Shown piece by piece: positions 27,786-36,925 of a stretch of DNA of 64,000 nt (its first letter is position 1; each line of letters opens with the position of its first letter). This stretch comes from Elusimicrobiota bacterium (GTDB lineage Bacteria > Elusimicrobiota > Elusimicrobia > Elusimicrobiales > UBA9959), in assembly GCA_016207645.1 (NCBI GenBank), contig JACQPH010000075.1:8101-72100 (forward strand). The letters are read 5' to 3'. The notes under the pieces were generated by a model. That model saw only the letters and a list, made by a program, of their open reading frames with translations. It made no database searches and had not been told where the DNA came from. The position numbers were made by a program, and so were the translations under genes.

Positions 27786-29644
27786 TAGACCGCCAGATCC
27801 CCCAGGAGAGGCTCGATTTCCTCTGGCTGCTGGCTTACGCGGCCGCGCTGGTCTTCATCCTGCGGCTGGTGAACCTGCAGGTGCTGGGCGGCGCCCATTA
27901 CCGCGAGATAGCCGAAAAGAACAGGACCCAGATCATAGCCCAGGCCGCGCCGCGCGGGCGCATCTTCTCCTCCGACGAGGTGGCCCTGGTCACCAGCAAG
28001 CCCTCCTTCAGCCTCATCTATTTCCCCGGCCAGGCGAAGACCGTCCCGGAGATAGACCGCATGGCGCGGGCGCTGGCCAGGCCGCTCGGAGCGGACTACG
28101 AGGCGCTGCGCAAGAGCATCTACAAGGCGGCTTCCCGGGAGAAACCGGTACGCCTGGCGGAGAACCTGCCGCCGAAAATAATGCTGGCGCTTTCCGAGCT
28201 GAAGGCCGTCTACCCCGGAGTGGACGTCATCGTCGAGGCCAGGCGCTACTATCCCTTCGGCGCCTACCTGAGCCACCTGGTGGGCTACATCGGCAAGATG
28301 GACCCCAGGGAATGGGCTTCCCGCTCGAAGGACAAGAACTATTCCATGGATTCGCGGCTGGGCAAGGCCGGCCTCGAGCAGATGTACGAGCGCGAGCTGA
28401 AGGGCAAGGACGGCGGCATTTACCTGGAAGTCGATTCCAGGGGCAAGCTCAACCGGGTGCTGGAAAGCCGCAAATGGGTGCCCGGCGCGGATATTTTCCT
28501 GACGATAGATTCGAAAGCGCAGGCGGCCGCGGAAGAGGGGCTGCAGAAGTCCGTAAGCGGCAAGGGCGCCGTGGTGGCGCTGGACCCGCGCACCGGCGCG
28601 GTGCTCGCCTTCGTCTCCATGCCGGATTACGATCCCAACATGTTCGTGCTGTCGGGCGCCGAAAAGGAGGGGCTGGCGGCGGGGAAGATACTCCCCGAAT
28701 TCAACGTGGCCCTGCAGGGCAGCTATCCGCCCGGCTCCATCTTCAAGATCGTCACCGCCGCCGCCGTGCTCGAGTCGGGGCGCGTGAGGCCGGACGAGAA
28801 GTTCCACTGCCCCGGCTGGTACGACGCCGGCAGCCGCGTCTTCAAGTGCTGGGAGAAGAAAGGGCACGGCGACGTGGCCTTCGTAGAGGGTCTGTCGAAG
28901 TCCTGCGACGTGTATTTTTATAACGCCAGCCAGCGCGCCGGCGCCCTGGCGATAGAGAGGCAGGCCAGGGCTTTCAGGCTGGGCCAGATCTCCGGGATCC
29001 AGCTGCCCGGGGAGAAGCCGGGGAACGTTTTCGGCCCGAGCCTGCGGGCCGCCAGGAAAAGCTACTGGTTCATCGGCGACACTCTTAACCAGGCCATAGG
29101 CCAGGGCGAGACCCTGATGACCCCGATACAGGCCGCCGGCGAGATCGCCGCGGTGGCCAACGGCGGGATCTTCCACCGGCCCTACTACGTGGACCGCGTC
29201 GTGAAGAGCGACGGCCAGCTGTTCTACAAGGGAGAGCCCAGGACCCTGAGCCGCGTGGAGCTGAAGGACGGCACCTGGGAACTGATCAGGGAGGGTCTGC
29301 GCAGCGTGGTGCTGGAGGGGACTGGCCAGGCGGCGAAGATAGCCGGCGCGGAAATTTACGGCAAGACCGGCACGGCGCAGAACCCGCAGGGCAAGGACCA
29401 TGCCTGGTTCGTGGCCTACGCCACCGTCAATAACGAGCCGGCGAAGATCGCCGTGGCCGTGCTGGTGGAGCACGGCGAACACGGCGCTTCCGCGGCCGTT
29501 CCCATCGCCAAGGCCGTGATAGAGGCCGCGCTGCGCGCCGAGCTGCCCTCCGGGAACAAGCGCGCCGCGGACCCCGGGCCGCCGCAGGGCCCGAAACTTC
29601 CTCCGCCCGCGGCCGTTCCGGCAGGCGTCAGGGGGATACTGTGA
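27782..29644 (+). CDS. mrdA: penicillin-binding protein 2 (elongasome transpeptidase)
   Basis: SIFK (SxxK) active-site motif, KTGTAQ motif, operon context. Confidence 0.93.
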   Translation: MIDRQIPQERLDFLWLLAYAAALVFILRLVNLQVLGGAHYREIAEKNRTQIIAQAAPRGRIFSSDEVALVTSKPSFSLIYFPGQAKTVPEIDRMARALARPLGADYEALRKSIYKAASREKPVRLAENLPPKIMLALSELKAVYPGVDVIVEARRYYPFGAYLSHLVGYIGKMDPREWASRSKDKNYSMDSRLGKAGLEQMYERELKGKDGGIYLEVDSRGKLNRVLESRKWVPGADIFLTIDSKAQAAAEEGLQKSVSGKGAVVALDPRTGAVLAFVSMPDYDPNMFVLSGAEKEGLAAGKILPEFNVALQGSYPPGSIFKIVTAAAVLESGRVRPDEKFHCPGWYDAGSRVFKCWEKKGHGDVAFVEGLSKSCDVYFYNASQRAGALAIERQARAFRLGQISGIQLPGEKPGNVFGPSLRAARKSYWFIGDTLNQAIGQGETLMTPIQAAGEIAAVANGGIFHRPYYVDRVVKSDGQLFYKGEPRTLSRVELKDGTWELIREGLRSVVLEGTGQAAKIAGAEIYGKTGTAQNPQGKDHAWFVAYATVNNEPAKIAVAVLVEHGEHGASAAVPIAKAVIEAALRAELPSGNKRAADPGPPQGPKLPPPAAVPAGVRGIL

Positions 29645-30981
29645 TCTTCACCCCCCAGGGCGGGCTCAGGAAAGGCCGGATAGACTGGGCTCTTTTCCTC
29701 GCCGCGCTGCTGCTGCTCGCGCTGGGTACTATCGCTATTTTCTCCTCGGTGGCCGTGCTGCCGGGCCAGGCGCGCATCGTCAGGGTGCAGCTCATCGCCA
29801 TCCCGCTGGCCCTTATCGCCTTCGGCGCGGCCTGGAGCCTCAACTACCAGGTCTACCAGGACCAGTGGAAGTTCGTCTACGGAGCGCTGCTGGTCTTCCT
29901 CGCCGGGGTGCTGTTCCTCGGCGTGGTGGACAAGGGGGCCCGCTCCTGGTACAGGCTGCCGTATTTCTCCGTGCAGCCCTCCGAGTTCGCGCGGGTGGGG
30001 CTCATCCTGGTGCTGGCTAATTTCCTGGACAAGCGCATCGGCAAGATCAAGGAGCTGCAGACGGTGCTCGGCGCTTTCGCGCTAGCCGTGCCGGTCTTCC
30101 TGCTGCTGATAAAACAGCCGGACTTTTCCGCCATCCTGCTCACTTTCCCGGTTGTCCTCATCATGCTCTTCGCCTCCGGCGCCAGCCTGTTCCACCTGTT
30201 CATCATCCTCGGCTACGCCTTCATCTCCGCGCTCTTCCCCATCCTCTGGAGCATCATCACCCTCACCCCGGAGCTGCTGGACAATACGCTGGTGAGCTAC
30301 TTCTTCCACCTCTCCGATTCCTGGCTCAGCGCCTCCACTTTCATGGCTTTCGTGGTCTTCGGCTCCTGGCTGCTGTGGCGGCTTTCCGTGCGGCTTTACG
30401 CCAACGTCTCCGGCGTCTATTTCGCCGGGGCCGCGCTGGTGCTGATGCTCGGCTTCTTCTCCGGCATACTGGTGAAGAACCAGATGAAGGAATACCAGCA
30501 GAAGCGGCTGGAGGTCTTCCTCTCCCCGGAGACCGACCCGCGCGGGGCCGGCTACAATCTGCTGCAGGCGCGCATAGCGATAGGGTCCGGCGGCATACTG
30601 GGCCGCGGCATCTTCTCGGGCACGCAGTCGCGCCTGGGTTTCGTGCCGGAGCGGCACACGGACTTCATCCTGGCGGTGGTGGGCGAGGAGATGGGCTTCT
30701 GGGGCATGCTGCTGGTGACCGGTCTTTACGCGCTGCTGATGCGCAGGATAATGCAGGGGGCGCGCCTGGCGCGCGACCGCTTCGGCTACCTGGTCAACTG
30801 CGGCATCTTCGGCATGTTCCTGGTCTACTTCTGCATTAATTTCGGCATGCTGCTGGGGCTCTCTCCGGTCGCCGGGGTGCCGCTGCCGCTGGTTTCCTAC
30901 GGCGGCTCCAACCTGGTGGCTACGCTGATGGCGCTGGGGATAGCGGAGTCGGTCTACGCGAGAAGATATGCTTTGGTATAG
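29641..30981 (+). CDS. rodA: rod shape-determining SEDS protein RodA (GTG start)
   Basis: Polytopic, ...PLVSYGGSN motif near C-terminus. Confidence 0.92.
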   Translation: MIFTPQGGLRKGRIDWALFLAALLLLALGTIAIFSSVAVLPGQARIVRVQLIAIPLALIAFGAAWSLNYQVYQDQWKFVYGALLVFLAGVLFLGVVDKGARSWYRLPYFSVQPSEFARVGLILVLANFLDKRIGKIKELQTVLGAFALAVPVFLLLIKQPDFSAILLTFPVVLIMLFASGASLFHLFIILGYAFISALFPILWSIITLTPELLDNTLVSYFFHLSDSWLSASTFMAFVVFGSWLLWRLSVRLYANVSGVYFAGAALVLMLGFFSGILVKNQMKEYQQKRLEVFLSPETDPRGAGYNLLQARIAIGSGGILGRGIFSGTQSRLGFVPERHTDFILAVVGEEMGFWGMLLVTGLYALLMRRIMQGARLARDRFGYLVNCGIFGMFLVYFCINFGMLLGLSPVAGVPLPLVSYGGSNLVATLMALGIAESVYARRYALV

Positions 30982-30993
30982 TGTTGCGCGCTC

Positions 30994-31107
30994 GGGGGCG
31001 GCCGGAGAGGCCCTGCGCGCCCGGGCCGAGGAAACCCTTGCGTCGGTTTCCCCCCGAAGCGGGGCCCCCCTTCCGCAAGGGCGCGCAGGGCCTCTCCGGC
31101 CGCCCCC
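30994..31107. repeat. MITE/REP-like long palindromic element, copy 1
   Basis: Perfect 27-nt inverted repeat 30994-31020 / 31081-31107 around a conserved core gaggaaacccttgcgtcggtttccccccgaagcggggccccccttccgcaaggg. Confidence 0.85.
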
Positions 31108-31136
31108 TCCGGTCGCTTAAGCGTAATGGCTTTATT

Positions 31137-31814
31137 ATGAACGAAGTCCCCAAGTCCAGGATACGCCTGAAGTTCGCGCGGCTCGAAGCCGCGAAGGACC
31201 TCAGCCACCTGGAGCAGATAAAGGTCCTGCGCGCCAGGGCCGCGGCCTGCGGCCTGAAATTCGCCCCGGCGAAAACCGGCGGCCAGGCCGTGCCCCGTAT
31301 GGCCTTCGGGCCCGCGGTCTCGGTGGGGCACGAGAGCCTGTGCGAATACGCGGACCTCTACCTGGAGGAGTTCGTCAGGGAGGAAGCCGCGGCGGAGAAG
31401 CTCCGGCCGCTGGACGACGGGTCTTTCCGCCTGGTCTCGGCGCGGCGCATCCCGGTGTTCTTCCCGTCGATCGAGGCGGCGGTGAACCCGGCGGAATATT
31501 TCCTGGAGGCCGATTTCCCCGGCGGCTTCTCGCAGGCCGCGGTGGATTCCTTCCTGGCGCTGAAGAACCTGGCCTATGAGAAGGTGAAGCCCTCCGGGGA
31601 GAGGAAGGTCCTGGACGCGCGGACGCCCGTGCTGGCGGCCTCCTTCGACAGGGAGTCCTCGCTGCTGAAGGTCACGCTGAAGCTGGAGCCCGGCAGGAGC
31701 GTGAAGCCGGAGATAGTCGCGGAGCTCATGTGCGGGGGCAGGCCCGCTTTCAGGCGCATAGTGCGCAAGGAACTTTACTGGTTCAATTCGGGCGGGAAGC
31801 TGGAAGTATTTTAG
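31137..31814 (+). CDS. DUF2344 (TIGR03936-like) radical-SAM-associated protein
   Basis: RIRLKFARLEAAKDLSHLE pattern and usual position just upstream of rng; start moved to the Met downstream of the repeat element. Confidence 0.6.
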   Translation: MNEVPKSRIRLKFARLEAAKDLSHLEQIKVLRARAAACGLKFAPAKTGGQAVPRMAFGPAVSVGHESLCEYADLYLEEFVREEAAAEKLRPLDDGSFRLVSARRIPVFFPSIEAAVNPAEYFLEADFPGGFSQAAVDSFLALKNLAYEKVKPSGERKVLDARTPVLAASFDRESSLLKVTLKLEPGRSVKPEIVAELMCGGRPAFRRIVRKELYWFNSGGKLEVF

Positions 31815-31836
31815 CCGACGGTTTTAAGGAGAGTTT

Positions 31837-33285
31837 ATGGCAAACGCAAAGTTCAAGAAGGAAATTTTCGCGAACACCTCGTTCGAGGAGACGCGCATAG
31901 CGATACTGGAGGACGGCAGGCTGGCCGAGCTCTTCTGGGAGCGCCGCAGCTCCGGCAATATCGTCGGCAACATCTACAAGGCCCAGGTGGAGAACGTGCT
32001 GCCCGGCATCTCCAGCGCCTTTATGAACATCGGCCTGGACAAGAACGCCTACATCTATATCTCCGACGTGCTGGGCAACCAGAAGGAGCCGATAGACAAG
32101 CTGCTGAGGAAGGACCAGGAGGTGATGGTGCAGGTGACCAAGGACGCCATCGGCACCAAGGGCATGAAGGTCACGATGGACGTGTCGCTCCCGGGGCGCT
32201 TCCTCGTGCTGACCCCTTTCCAGGAATTCGTCGGCGTCTCCAAGAACATCGAGGACGCCGAGGAGCGCAAGCGCCTCTCCGAGATCATGCGCAAGATAGC
32301 CGACACGAAGACGCTGGGCACGAAGGGCTGCATAGTGCGCACCGAGGCCGAGGGGGCCAGCGAGGAGGAGATGGAGCGGGAGGTGAAGTACCTGCTCAGG
32401 ATGTGGGAGACGATACAGGGCCGCTACGACACCTCCAGGCCGCCCGCGCTGCTGCACAAGGACATGGACATGACCATGCAGGTGGCGCGCGACATCCTCT
32501 CGGCGGACACCACCATCTACATGCTGGACAACAAGGACGACTTCCACAACGTGGCCGAGTTCGCGGCCAAGATCTCCCCGGACCTGAAGGACCGGATCAA
32601 GTTCTACGACAGCAAGACGCCCGTCTTCAAGGCCTTCAACATCGAGAAGGAGATAGACGAGCTCCGGCGCGTCAAGGTGCCGCTCCCGAACGGCGGCAGC
32701 ATCATCATCCAGGAGGCCGAGTCCCTCTGCGCCATCGACGTGAACACCGGCCGCTTCACCGGCTCCAAGTCGCAGGAGGAGACCGTGACCGCCACCAATA
32801 TCGAGGCGGCGCTGGAAGCGGCGCGCCAGCTCAGGCTGCGCAACATCGGCGGCATCATAGTCATAGACTTCATAGATATGAAGAAGGCCACGAACCGCCA
32901 CAAGGTGGTCAGCGCGATGGAGGCCGCGGTAAGCCGCGACCGGGCCAAGATCCGCATCCTGCCCATCACCCGGCTGGGCCTGGTGGAGATGACGCGCGAG
33001 CGCAAGCGCGAAAGCACGGTAAGCCTCCTTACCGAGGAATGTCCCGAGTGCCGCGGCTCCGGCCGCGTGCTCTCCAGCGAGAGCATACGCATAAAGATAC
33101 AGCGCGAGATCCACAATATAACCATGGGCCGGCCGGGAGGGAACCTGCGGATAGTGACGCACCCGCTGCTGGCCGAGGTGCTCAGGAAGAAGCAGGGGAT
33201 GCTGGAGAAGAACGTGCACCGCGGCGTGAAAATAGCGTCCGACCCGCAGCTGACCTGGGAAGACTACAGGATAATCCTGGAGTAG
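31837..33285 (+). CDS. rng: Rne/Rng family ribonuclease (RNase G-like)
   Basis: N-terminal S1 domain (GNIYKAQVENVLPGISSAFMNIG), DNase-I-like core IDVNTG, Zn-link CPECRGSG. Confidence 0.9.
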   Translation: MANAKFKKEIFANTSFEETRIAILEDGRLAELFWERRSSGNIVGNIYKAQVENVLPGISSAFMNIGLDKNAYIYISDVLGNQKEPIDKLLRKDQEVMVQVTKDAIGTKGMKVTMDVSLPGRFLVLTPFQEFVGVSKNIEDAEERKRLSEIMRKIADTKTLGTKGCIVRTEAEGASEEEMEREVKYLLRMWETIQGRYDTSRPPALLHKDMDMTMQVARDILSADTTIYMLDNKDDFHNVAEFAAKISPDLKDRIKFYDSKTPVFKAFNIEKEIDELRRVKVPLPNGGSIIIQEAESLCAIDVNTGRFTGSKSQEETVTATNIEAALEAARQLRLRNIGGIIVIDFIDMKKATNRHKVVSAMEAAVSRDRAKIRILPITRLGLVEMTRERKRESTVSLLTEECPECRGSGRVLSSESIRIKIQREIHNITMGRPGGNLRIVTHPLLAEVLRKKQGMLEKNVHRGVKIASDPQLTWEDYRIILE

Positions 33286-33308
33286 GTATAATAAGGCAGA
33301 GGACCGAT

Positions 33309-34895
33309 ATGCTTAAAAGACTGCTAGCGTTCATGTTCGTCGCGGCGGCGCTCTGCGCTCCGGCGCAGGCCAGGGTGGACGAGGTGACCTACCTGAAGAA
33401 CGGCGTTTACGCCGGGAAGATAGGCACCTACTCCCTGAGCGGGGCGGTCTACCTGGACGCCGCCCAGGCCGCCAGGCTGATCGGCGGGAAGATCTACTGG
33501 TACCCGGTCTCCGGCAAGCTGCTGCTGCAGATCAAGGGCAAGAAAGTGGTGTTCCTGATGAAGTCGGACTCCGTGGTGATAAACGACGAGACCGAGCAGT
33601 TCCCGAACCCGATGATAGTGCGGGGCGGCAAGGCTTTCCTGGCCCTCGAATTCTTCGTCTCGCGGCATTTCTCCGACGCCTTCGGCTTCAAGCTCGATTA
33701 TAACCGGGCGACCGGCGCCCTGGCCGCGCAGCGCGCGGTCAACATAACTTCGATGAACTATTTTTCCTACCGGGACAAGACGCGCATCGTGGTCTACATG
33801 GAGGAGCCGCTGGAATGGCAGTCCTCGCAGAAGGAGAACAACCTCTTCAAGGTGACCATTTTCGGCGGGGTGGTGGGGCGCGAGGAGAAGCTCGCCATCG
33901 GCGACGGCGCGGTGCGCGGGGTGGACCTGACGCAGGAGAACAAGACCGCCAACCTGGTGATAAACCCCGACGAGAATTTCGGCAAGGCGAACGTTTTCAG
34001 GCTTTCCGACCCCGACCGCCTCGTGATAGACGTCACTAAGCTGGCCGCCCCGGTGCGGCAGAGCATAACCGGCGAAAGCCCCGTGGCGGAGGGCGGGGGC
34101 ATCACCGTCATCCCGCCCTCGGACGGCGGCTTCGGGCTCGGTACCGCCAGCGCCGCGGTGGCCGCCTCCTCCGCGGCGGGGGTGAACATCCCCGACAAGC
34201 TGGAGGTGGGGGCGGGCCGCAAGAAAGTGGTGATAGACGCGGGGCACGGAGGCAAGGACCCCGGAGGCAAAAAGCTTTTCGGCCTCAAGGAGAAGGAGCT
34301 GAACCTGCTGGTCTCCAGGGAACTCTATGAGCTCCTGAAAGGCGAGGAGAACTTCGACGTGGTCATGACCCGGAGTTCGGACGAGTTCGTCCCGCTGGCG
34401 GACCGTTCGGTCATAGCCAACGACCTGAAAGCCGACCTCTTCATCTCGATCCACGCCAACGCCTCGCGCGACAGGCGCGAAAGAGGCTTCGAGATCTATT
34501 TCATGTCGGAGAAGGCCTCGGACCCCTGGGCCGCGGAAGTGGCCGACTTCGAGAACTCCGTCATAGGCCTGGAGGACGGCGGGGGCCAGGCCGACCCGGC
34601 GGCGATACTGCTGCATTCCATGGCCAGGAACGAATACATGAACGAGGGCAGCCGGCTGGCGGGCCTGGTCACCGCGGAGATGGAGAAGCGCACTCCCTTC
34701 GTCAACCGCGGGGTGAAGCAGGCCGCTTTCTACGTGCTGCGCGGCACCTACTCCCCCGGGATCCTGGTGGAGATGGGCTTCATGACCAATTCCTCGGACC
34801 AGAAGAACATGAACGACAAGAAAGTGCGCGCCAAGATAGCGAACGCCATCTACAGGGCCGTGCTGAAATACGCCGAGATGAAGCAGTGGAAATGA
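33309..34895 (+). CDS. N-acetylmuramoyl-L-alanine amidase with N-terminal AMIN-like domains
   Basis: Signal peptide MLKRLLAFMFVAAALCAPAQA; VVIDAGHGGKDPG and SIHANA amidase_3 motifs. Confidence 0.88.
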   Translation: MLKRLLAFMFVAAALCAPAQARVDEVTYLKNGVYAGKIGTYSLSGAVYLDAAQAARLIGGKIYWYPVSGKLLLQIKGKKVVFLMKSDSVVINDETEQFPNPMIVRGGKAFLALEFFVSRHFSDAFGFKLDYNRATGALAAQRAVNITSMNYFSYRDKTRIVVYMEEPLEWQSSQKENNLFKVTIFGGVVGREEKLAIGDGAVRGVDLTQENKTANLVINPDENFGKANVFRLSDPDRLVIDVTKLAAPVRQSITGESPVAEGGGITVIPPSDGGFGLGTASAAVAASSAAGVNIPDKLEVGAGRKKVVIDAGHGGKDPGGKKLFGLKEKELNLLVSRELYELLKGEENFDVVMTRSSDEFVPLADRSVIANDLKADLFISIHANASRDRRERGFEIYFMSEKASDPWAAEVADFENSVIGLEDGGGQADPAAILLHSMARNEYMNEGSRLAGLVTAEMEKRTPFVNRGVKQAAFYVLRGTYSPGILVEMGFMTNSSDQKNMNDKKVRAKIANAIYRAVLKYAEMKQWK

Positions 34896-34902
34896 ACGCC
34901 CG

Positions 34903-35703
34903 ATGAAGAACAGGGAAAGGCCGATAGGCATCTTCGATTCCGGGCTGGGCGGGCTGACGGTCTTCAAGGAGCTCCGCGCCCTGCTGCCCGGCGAGGACCT
35001 GGTCTATTTCGGGGATACGGCGCGCGTCCCTTACGGGACCAAATCCCCGGAAGCCGTCCTGGCCTTTTCGAAAGAGATAACCGCCTACCTGCTGGAAAAA
35101 AAGATAAAATTCCTGATAGTGGCCTGCAATACGGCCTCTTCCCTGGCGCTGGAGGAAATACGCGGGCTTTCTCCCGTGCCGGTGCTGGGGGTCATAGAGC
35201 CGGGCGTGGAGGCCGCGCTGAAAGCGGTCCCCGCCGGCGGCCGGGTGCTCGTCACCGGCACCTCCGCCACCGTGAACAGCCGCGCCTATTCCCGCGCGCT
35301 CGCGGCGGCGGGGCCGGGGATAAAGGTGGCCGAGAAGGCCTGCCCGCTTTTCGTGCCGCTGGTGGAGGAGGGCTGGTGCGCCAGGCCGGCGGCGGCGATA
35401 GCGGCGCGCGAATATCTGGCGCCCTTCAGGGGAAAGGCCGACGTGCTGATACTCGGCTGCACCCATTACCCGCTGCTCAAGAAAGTGATAGCGCGGGTGA
35501 TGGGCCCGCGCACCAGGATAGTCGATTCCGCGCTGGCGGCCGCGCGGGCCGCCCTGGCGCAACTCTCCGGGCTCGGGCTGCTTAACCCGGCCCGCAGGGG
35601 GAGTTCGGAGTTCATCGTCAGCGACGCCCCGGCCAGGTTCTCGGAACTGGCGTACAAACTGCTGAGGATAAGGACCGGCAAGGTGGCGGTCAAGAGGTTT
35701 TAG
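34903..35703 (+). CDS. murI: glutamate racemase
   Basis: IGIFDSGLGGLTV, ACNTAS and GCTHYP motifs. Confidence 0.95.
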   Translation: MKNRERPIGIFDSGLGGLTVFKELRALLPGEDLVYFGDTARVPYGTKSPEAVLAFSKEITAYLLEKKIKFLIVACNTASSLALEEIRGLSPVPVLGVIEPGVEAALKAVPAGGRVLVTGTSATVNSRAYSRALAAAGPGIKVAEKACPLFVPLVEEGWCARPAAAIAAREYLAPFRGKADVLILGCTHYPLLKKVIARVMGPRTRIVDSALAAARAALAQLSGLGLLNPARRGSSEFIVSDAPARFSELAYKLLRIRTGKVAVKRF

Positions 35704-35733
35704 GAATGGCGGAGCGAGATGGAGGCTAAAGTT

Positions 35734-36201
35734 ATGAATAAATATTTGATGGCGGCGCTGCTGGTTTGCGGCGGTCAGCTTTGCGCCCAGGAGCCGGCCG
35801 ATAAAAAGGCCGCGGCGGAGAAGAGAACGGTGACGGCGCAGGCGCCGGCTCCGGCCGCGCAGCCCAAAAAGGCGCTGAAAGCCGAGCTCAAGCCGGCTGC
35901 GGCCAAACAGGAGGAACAGGAGGCCGAGGAGTCGGTGGTGCTGATAGATTCCAAAGGCGAGCCCGAGGCCGGGGAGACCCAGGACCTGTCCGCTTTCGGC
36001 CGGGAAACGGAAGAGCGCCTGGCGCCCGGCGGGCTGCCTTCTTCCTACGGCCAGTGCAAAGGCCTCATGAGCGACGCGGGCCGGAACATCCTGATCTTCG
36101 AGAGCCCCGACGACGGCGCGCTTTCCTTCGTACAGGTGACGCTCGGGAAGGGCGGGGTTTCCTGGAAGCTTATCGACCGCATACCGCGCAGCGCCGACTG
36201 A
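35734..36201 (+). CDS. secreted hypothetical protein
   Basis: MNKYLMAALLVCGGQLCAQ signal peptide, Ala/Lys/Glu-rich region; GGAGG SD supports the 35734 start. Confidence 0.6.
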   Translation: MNKYLMAALLVCGGQLCAQEPADKKAAAEKRTVTAQAPAPAAQPKKALKAELKPAAAKQEEQEAEESVVLIDSKGEPEAGETQDLSAFGRETEERLAPGGLPSSYGQCKGLMSDAGRNILIFESPDDGALSFVQVTLGKGGVSWKLIDRIPRSAD

Positions 36202-36284
36202 CCGGGCGGGTTTTCCGGCCCCCTCCGCGGAATGCTAAAATATAGCCGGGGCCGCGCGTTCCCCGGCGGCCAAGAGGTGCGAAT

Positions 36285-36470
36285 ATGAAAAGAAAGGACC
36301 TTGTAAGACATTTGATGGGCAAAGGCTGCGTGCTCTCCCGCGAGGGCGGGAAATATTCCGTTTTCCTGAACCCGGTCACCGGCAAGGAAGTCCCCGTCAC
36401 CAGGCATACCGAGATAGCGGATTTCACCGTGCGCAAGATCTGCCGGGACCTGGGAGTGGACCAGCCATAA
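36285..36470 (+). CDS. hicA: HicA-family toxin (YcfA-like mRNA interferase)
   Basis: 61 aa, KRKDLVRHLMGKGCVLSREGGKYSVF...VTRHTEIADFTVRKICRDLG pattern. Confidence 0.75.
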   Translation: MKRKDLVRHLMGKGCVLSREGGKYSVFLNPVTGKEVPVTRHTEIADFTVRKICRDLGVDQP

Positions 36471-36574
36471 GAAAGGATGAAGGATCAAGGATGAAGGATG
36501 AGGGGCGGAAGCGCGGAAAAGCGAAAGTATTTTCTCTGCCCTTCAGCCTTTATCCTTTAGCCTTTATCCTTTCC
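36471..36574. repeat. heptamer-periodic hairpin (AAGGATG arm, CCTTTAK arm)
   Basis: 5' arm 36471-36505 (gaaaggat gaaggat caaggat gaaggat gagggg), 3' arm 36540-36574; 36547-36572 is a 25/26 reverse-complement match to 14671-14696. Confidence 0.8.
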
Positions 36575-36925
36575 TCGTGCGCCGCGGCGAAACTGGACGT
36601 GATACAGGTAGGTCCCTGGTTCGCCCCGCGCGACTGGCGCGAAGTGGAGGTGTTCTCTTCGCGCGGGGAGACCGGCGCCCCCTGGGGCGGCATAGCCATC
36701 ATCCACGGCGGGCGGGTCGGCGCGAAGAGCGGCGAAAAGCGCCTGGAGGCGCTCAAGCTCGAGGCCCGGAAAAAGGCCGCCGAAATAGGGGCCGACGGCG
36801 TGATCCTGACCGTCAACTCCGTCCCCTCCGGGCCGGAGATGGGCGTGTATCAGGAGCCCGAGCTCTACCTGAGCGCCCTGGCCATAAAATATGTCACAGC
36901 AGTCTCCACTCCGCCGGCAAAATAA
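36491..36925 (+). CDS. lipoprotein, function unknown
   Basis: Basic n-region, hydrophobic core and ILSSC lipobox; start codon and signal peptide lie inside the repeat hairpin. Confidence 0.6.
   Translation: MKDEGRKRGKAKVFSLPFSLYPLAFILSSCAAAKLDVIQVGPWFAPRDWREVEVFSSRGETGAPWGGIAIIHGGRVGAKSGEKRLEALKLEARKKAAEIGADGVILTVNSVPSGPEMGVYQEPELYLSALAIKYVTAVSTPPAK

Noticed and set aside
30981-31136. N-terminal 52 codons of the DUF2344-like ORF
   Set aside because: These codons are read straight through palindromic element copy 1. The Met at 31137 gives the expected family N-terminus.
32403-33308. Long N-terminal extension of the amidase ORF (830-aa version)
   Set aside because: The extension overlaps rng in another frame and is Arg/Gly-rich. 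A signal-peptide start (MLKRLLAF...) with an SD is present at 33309.
36202-36284. Hidden hicB or antitoxin ORF next to hicA
   Set aside because: There is no ORF of plausible size on either side. The downstream ORF is a lipoprotein with a lipobox, not a HicB-like protein.
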